Position numbers and translations under genes: made by a program
The notes under the pieces: model-generated
The model's input: only the letters and a program-made list of their open reading frames with translations
Told to the model about the DNA's origin: nothing
Databases searched by the model: none
IMG/VR virus record: IMGVR_UViG_3300020414_002797
Coordinates: 1-48,801 of that record
Reading direction: 5' to 3' (one strand)
From: a virus
Lineage: Duplodnaviria > Caudoviricetes
Length of the DNA stretch: 48,801 nucleotides
In this document: positions 46,620 to 48,801 of the stretch, one piece after another
Position numbering within the stretch: the stretch's first letter is position 1
Layout: every line of letters starts with the position of its first letter

Positions 46620-46680
46620 GTAATCGAATAATATTTGTGATATAATAAATACACACGGTAATTTTACACCCATTTGGAGG
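46618..46680 (+). promoter_or_regulatory. Promoter + AC-rich leader cassette
   Basis: GAGTAA-N17-TATAAT...CATTTGGAGG; similar to 48419. Confidence 0.8.
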
Positions 46681-46684
46681 AACA

Positions 46685-46894
46685 ATGCTTGAATGGATTT
46701 TATTAGGAATGGCTTACGATGTTGTTAATACTCGTAACAAAGAAATAAAGAAAAAAGAGATTCAAAAACAAAAGGATCTCTTGCGACAAAGGCTTCGCAG
46801 ACCAGTTACACGCGGTCACTCAAAAGGTTGCATCTGTCGCTTGTGCTGCAATCGACGTCAATCAATCCAAGATCAACTTAACGACTTAGGCTAA
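46685..46894 (+). CDS. Small basic Cys/His protein
   Basis: HSKGCICRLCC. Confidence 0.65.
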   Translation: MLEWILLGMAYDVVNTRNKEIKKKEIQKQKDLLRQRLRRPVTRGHSKGCICRLCCNRRQSIQDQLNDLG

Positions 46895-46905
46895 TAGGAG
46901 AAATT

Positions 46906-47133
46906 ATGAATAACATGTTTAACGACAATCCCGACATGGCAATCTCGCTAGTTTTATTTGCTTTGTGTGTATTTGGCTTTGCTGCCTGTTACGAAAGCCC
47001 GACACCAGAAGAAGAGGCACGGCAGGAATATAGAGCTTCCAATAACTGCGCTTCAAAAGCTTCGGGTTCTTCACCGCGTTGCTGGTCTGAGGCAGATTGG
47101 CGTGCGTATTGTTCACGTGTTCGTTGTAAATAA
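46906..47133 (+). CDS. Small Cys-rich putative lipoprotein
   Basis: Hydrophobic stretch ending FAAC; four further Cys. Confidence 0.6.
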   Translation: MNNMFNDNPDMAISLVLFALCVFGFAACYESPTPEEEARQEYRASNNCASKASGSSPRCWSEADWRAYCSRVRCK

Positions 47134-47143
47134 GGAGTAGATT

Positions 47144-47755
47144 ATGAAAAATTACAAAACTTTGCCAAAAGATGTTGCTGATATTTTAAGCCATAATAAA
47201 ATAAACGGTCTTCTTTTTGACTTTAGGGATATGGAGGGCTCGGGTGGTGGATACTATCCACTCTGGTCAATGCAAAACGACGGATCTGCTAATTTGCTAA
47301 TAGAAGATATTGGTAGTCAAATTGCACATAACGTCCTTGATAATTGTAAGAATCAAGACGCACCTGAAAATTGCTGGAATTTTTACATCACGGAATCTGG
47401 AGATTATGTAATAGAAAACCTAAAAACATGTGCTCTCTTGAAAAAGAAACCTCAACAACCTGACGTTTACAGCAGAATCTACTTAAACTATCCTGGTCGA
47501 AACCTTGCAATAGAATACATTGATGGTTATACTAACGAAGATAAAAACGAATACGTCGATACTTGGCGTCTTATTGATTTAACAACTGGTGAGGTTTTTT
47601 GTGAAGATGTCCTACCTCACGAAGTTATTGGAGAAGCTGCAGCAATTCAGGCGCAGCTATTTAAAAACGAGTCGCATGATGAATACGTAAAACCTATCCC
47701 GCCAACTATACCTTTGCGGGCCCTGGACACTAACAAAACTGGAGAGAAACAATGA
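47144..47755 (+). CDS. Hypothetical protein
   Basis: AAGGAG RBS. Confidence 0.7.
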   Translation: MKNYKTLPKDVADILSHNKINGLLFDFRDMEGSGGGYYPLWSMQNDGSANLLIEDIGSQIAHNVLDNCKNQDAPENCWNFYITESGDYVIENLKTCALLKKKPQQPDVYSRIYLNYPGRNLAIEYIDGYTNEDKNEYVDTWRLIDLTTGEVFCEDVLPHEVIGEAAAIQAQLFKNESHDEYVKPIPPTIPLRALDTNKTGEKQ

Positions 47756-47997
47756 CTGAAGAATACAATGAATATGCAGACCATACAGTTTCTGAACTTT
47801 GGGATCTTTATTTCGAAGAAGAAGAAAGGTTGAAAAAGTTAAACAACGAGCCTATTAACTACTACATACTTGGGGATAGTATGACATATCTCAGTGCTAT
47901 GTCTCAAGTTTGGGCAATTGATGGCTGCAGAGAAAATATGGAAAAAATACGACAAGAAATTGACAGAAAAAACAAGGAGCGATCAAATGAGATTTAG
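47752..47997 (+). CDS. Small acidic protein
   Basis: Coupled ORF. Confidence 0.65.
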   Translation: MTEEYNEYADHTVSELWDLYFEEEERLKKLNNEPINYYILGDSMTYLSAMSQVWAIDGCRENMEKIRQEIDRKNKERSNEI

Positions 47998-48160
47998 TGA
48001 TGGAATGACCTTTGACACTAGTGGACCTTTAAGATTAACACGAAGAAGCGATGGCTGGTATGTCGTTGGCGAAGGGTTTTTATGTCCAGTTAACTCAGTC
48101 GAAGAAGGTGAAAGGTTTATAGAAAGAATGGAAAAAAGAAACCAGCGGGAGAAAAAATGA
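47987..48160 (+). CDS. Small hypothetical protein
   Basis: AAGGAG RBS before ATG 47987. Confidence 0.65.
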   Translation: MRFSDGMTFDTSGPLRLTRRSDGWYVVGEGFLCPVNSVEEGERFIERMEKRNQREKK

Positions 48161-48405
48161 ATGAACAATTAGATAAAAAATACATTTGCATAACAGAGTG
48201 TATTAATACTGGTTACTTTCAAGTAAGCTCTGAGCTTATAACAACACTTGAAGAAGCCAAGGAATGGATCAATGAGAATCGTTCCGATGGAAATTATAGA
48301 GTTCATAACTTCGATAAAATCATTGAAATCAATGATTCGGGTGAAACACAGCAAATATACATTCGTCGTCCTGAATATGATGGCGATTGGTATCACTGGT
48401 GGTAA
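48157..48405 (+). CDS. Hypothetical protein
   Basis: Coupled ORF. Confidence 0.65.
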   Translation: MNEQLDKKYICITECINTGYFQVSSELITTLEEAKEWINENRSDGNYRVHNFDKIIEINDSGETQQIYIRRPEYDGDWYHWW

Positions 48406-48418
48406 TCAATCTTACAAA

Positions 48419-48482
48419 GAGTAATTGAATATCATTTTTGATATAATAAATACACATAGGAAATATACACACATTTGGAGGA
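48419..48482 (+). promoter_or_regulatory. Promoter + AC-rich leader cassette
   Basis: GAGTAA-N17-TATAAT...CATTTGGAGG. Confidence 0.8.
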
Positions 48483-48485
48483 CTT

Positions 48486-48801
48486 ATGATTACAATCGAA
48501 GAAATTAAATCAAAGCAAAGCAATATTGTCAAAGGCTTGGAGTTTTATATTCCAAACCATCAAAAGACAGCACTTATCAAAGTTATTGTAACTAATCGTG
48601 CTCTTGTAGATAAGACCAGTTGCTGGGGCGATTATCAAAAAGACATGGTTTTCTTTGAAGAAGTTGCACAGGCATCAAAACAAACGTTTGTAGATAAACA
48701 ACGATCTGACGGTTCGAATTATACAGACATTGTTTGGGTTCCTTGTAAAGATAAGTTTTATACCAGCACTAGATATATGAGCATTGGCTCTTTCATCGAA
48801 T
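48486..48801 (+). CDS. Hypothetical protein, truncated by window end
   Basis: GGAGG RBS; MITIEEIKSKQ... open to edge. Confidence 0.7.
   Translation, partial: MITIEEIKSKQSNIVKGLEFYIPNHQKTALIKVIVTNRALVDKTSCWGDYQKDMVFFEEVAQASKQTFVDKQRSDGSNYTDIVWVPCKDKFYTSTRYMSIGSFIE

Noticed and set aside
34835-48482. Recurring ~30-60 bp repeats as a CRISPR array
   Set aside because: Copies are degenerate, 0.6-4 kb apart and separated by genes; they are promoters; no cas genes
1-48801. Stop-codon reassignment as in some large phages
   Set aside because: Recognisable genes are full length in code 11 and TAA, TAG and TGA all end genes next to the following RBS

Overview
AT-rich, very gene-dense DNA, almost all on the + strand in standard code 11, best explained as a segment of a large (jumbo/T4-like) lytic bacteriophage genome; no capsid, portal or terminase gene is in the window. 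Left (0.4-9.8 kb): DNA repair/recombination and chaperone genes (UvsE, MoxR AAA + DUF2201/VWA, RadA core, 5'-3' exonuclease, Hsp20, PD-(D/E)xK nuclease). Middle (9.8-26 kb): unrelated proteins sharing a basic N-terminal leader ending (I/L)-x-E, cysteine synthase, five tRNAs, a lipoprotein cluster, a tail-fibre-like gene and a two-component cassette (two histidine kinases, a CheY-like receiver, a membrane protein). 26-33 kb: HAD, DUF3310, DNA ligase, GMP reductase, thioredoxin. Right (33-48.8 kb): small early-type hypothetical ORFs plus a minimal PolX, arranged in units behind a conserved G(A/T)GTA(A/T)-N17-TATAAT promoter, of which I found 19 copies. All calls are from motif recognition by eye; no database searches were run.
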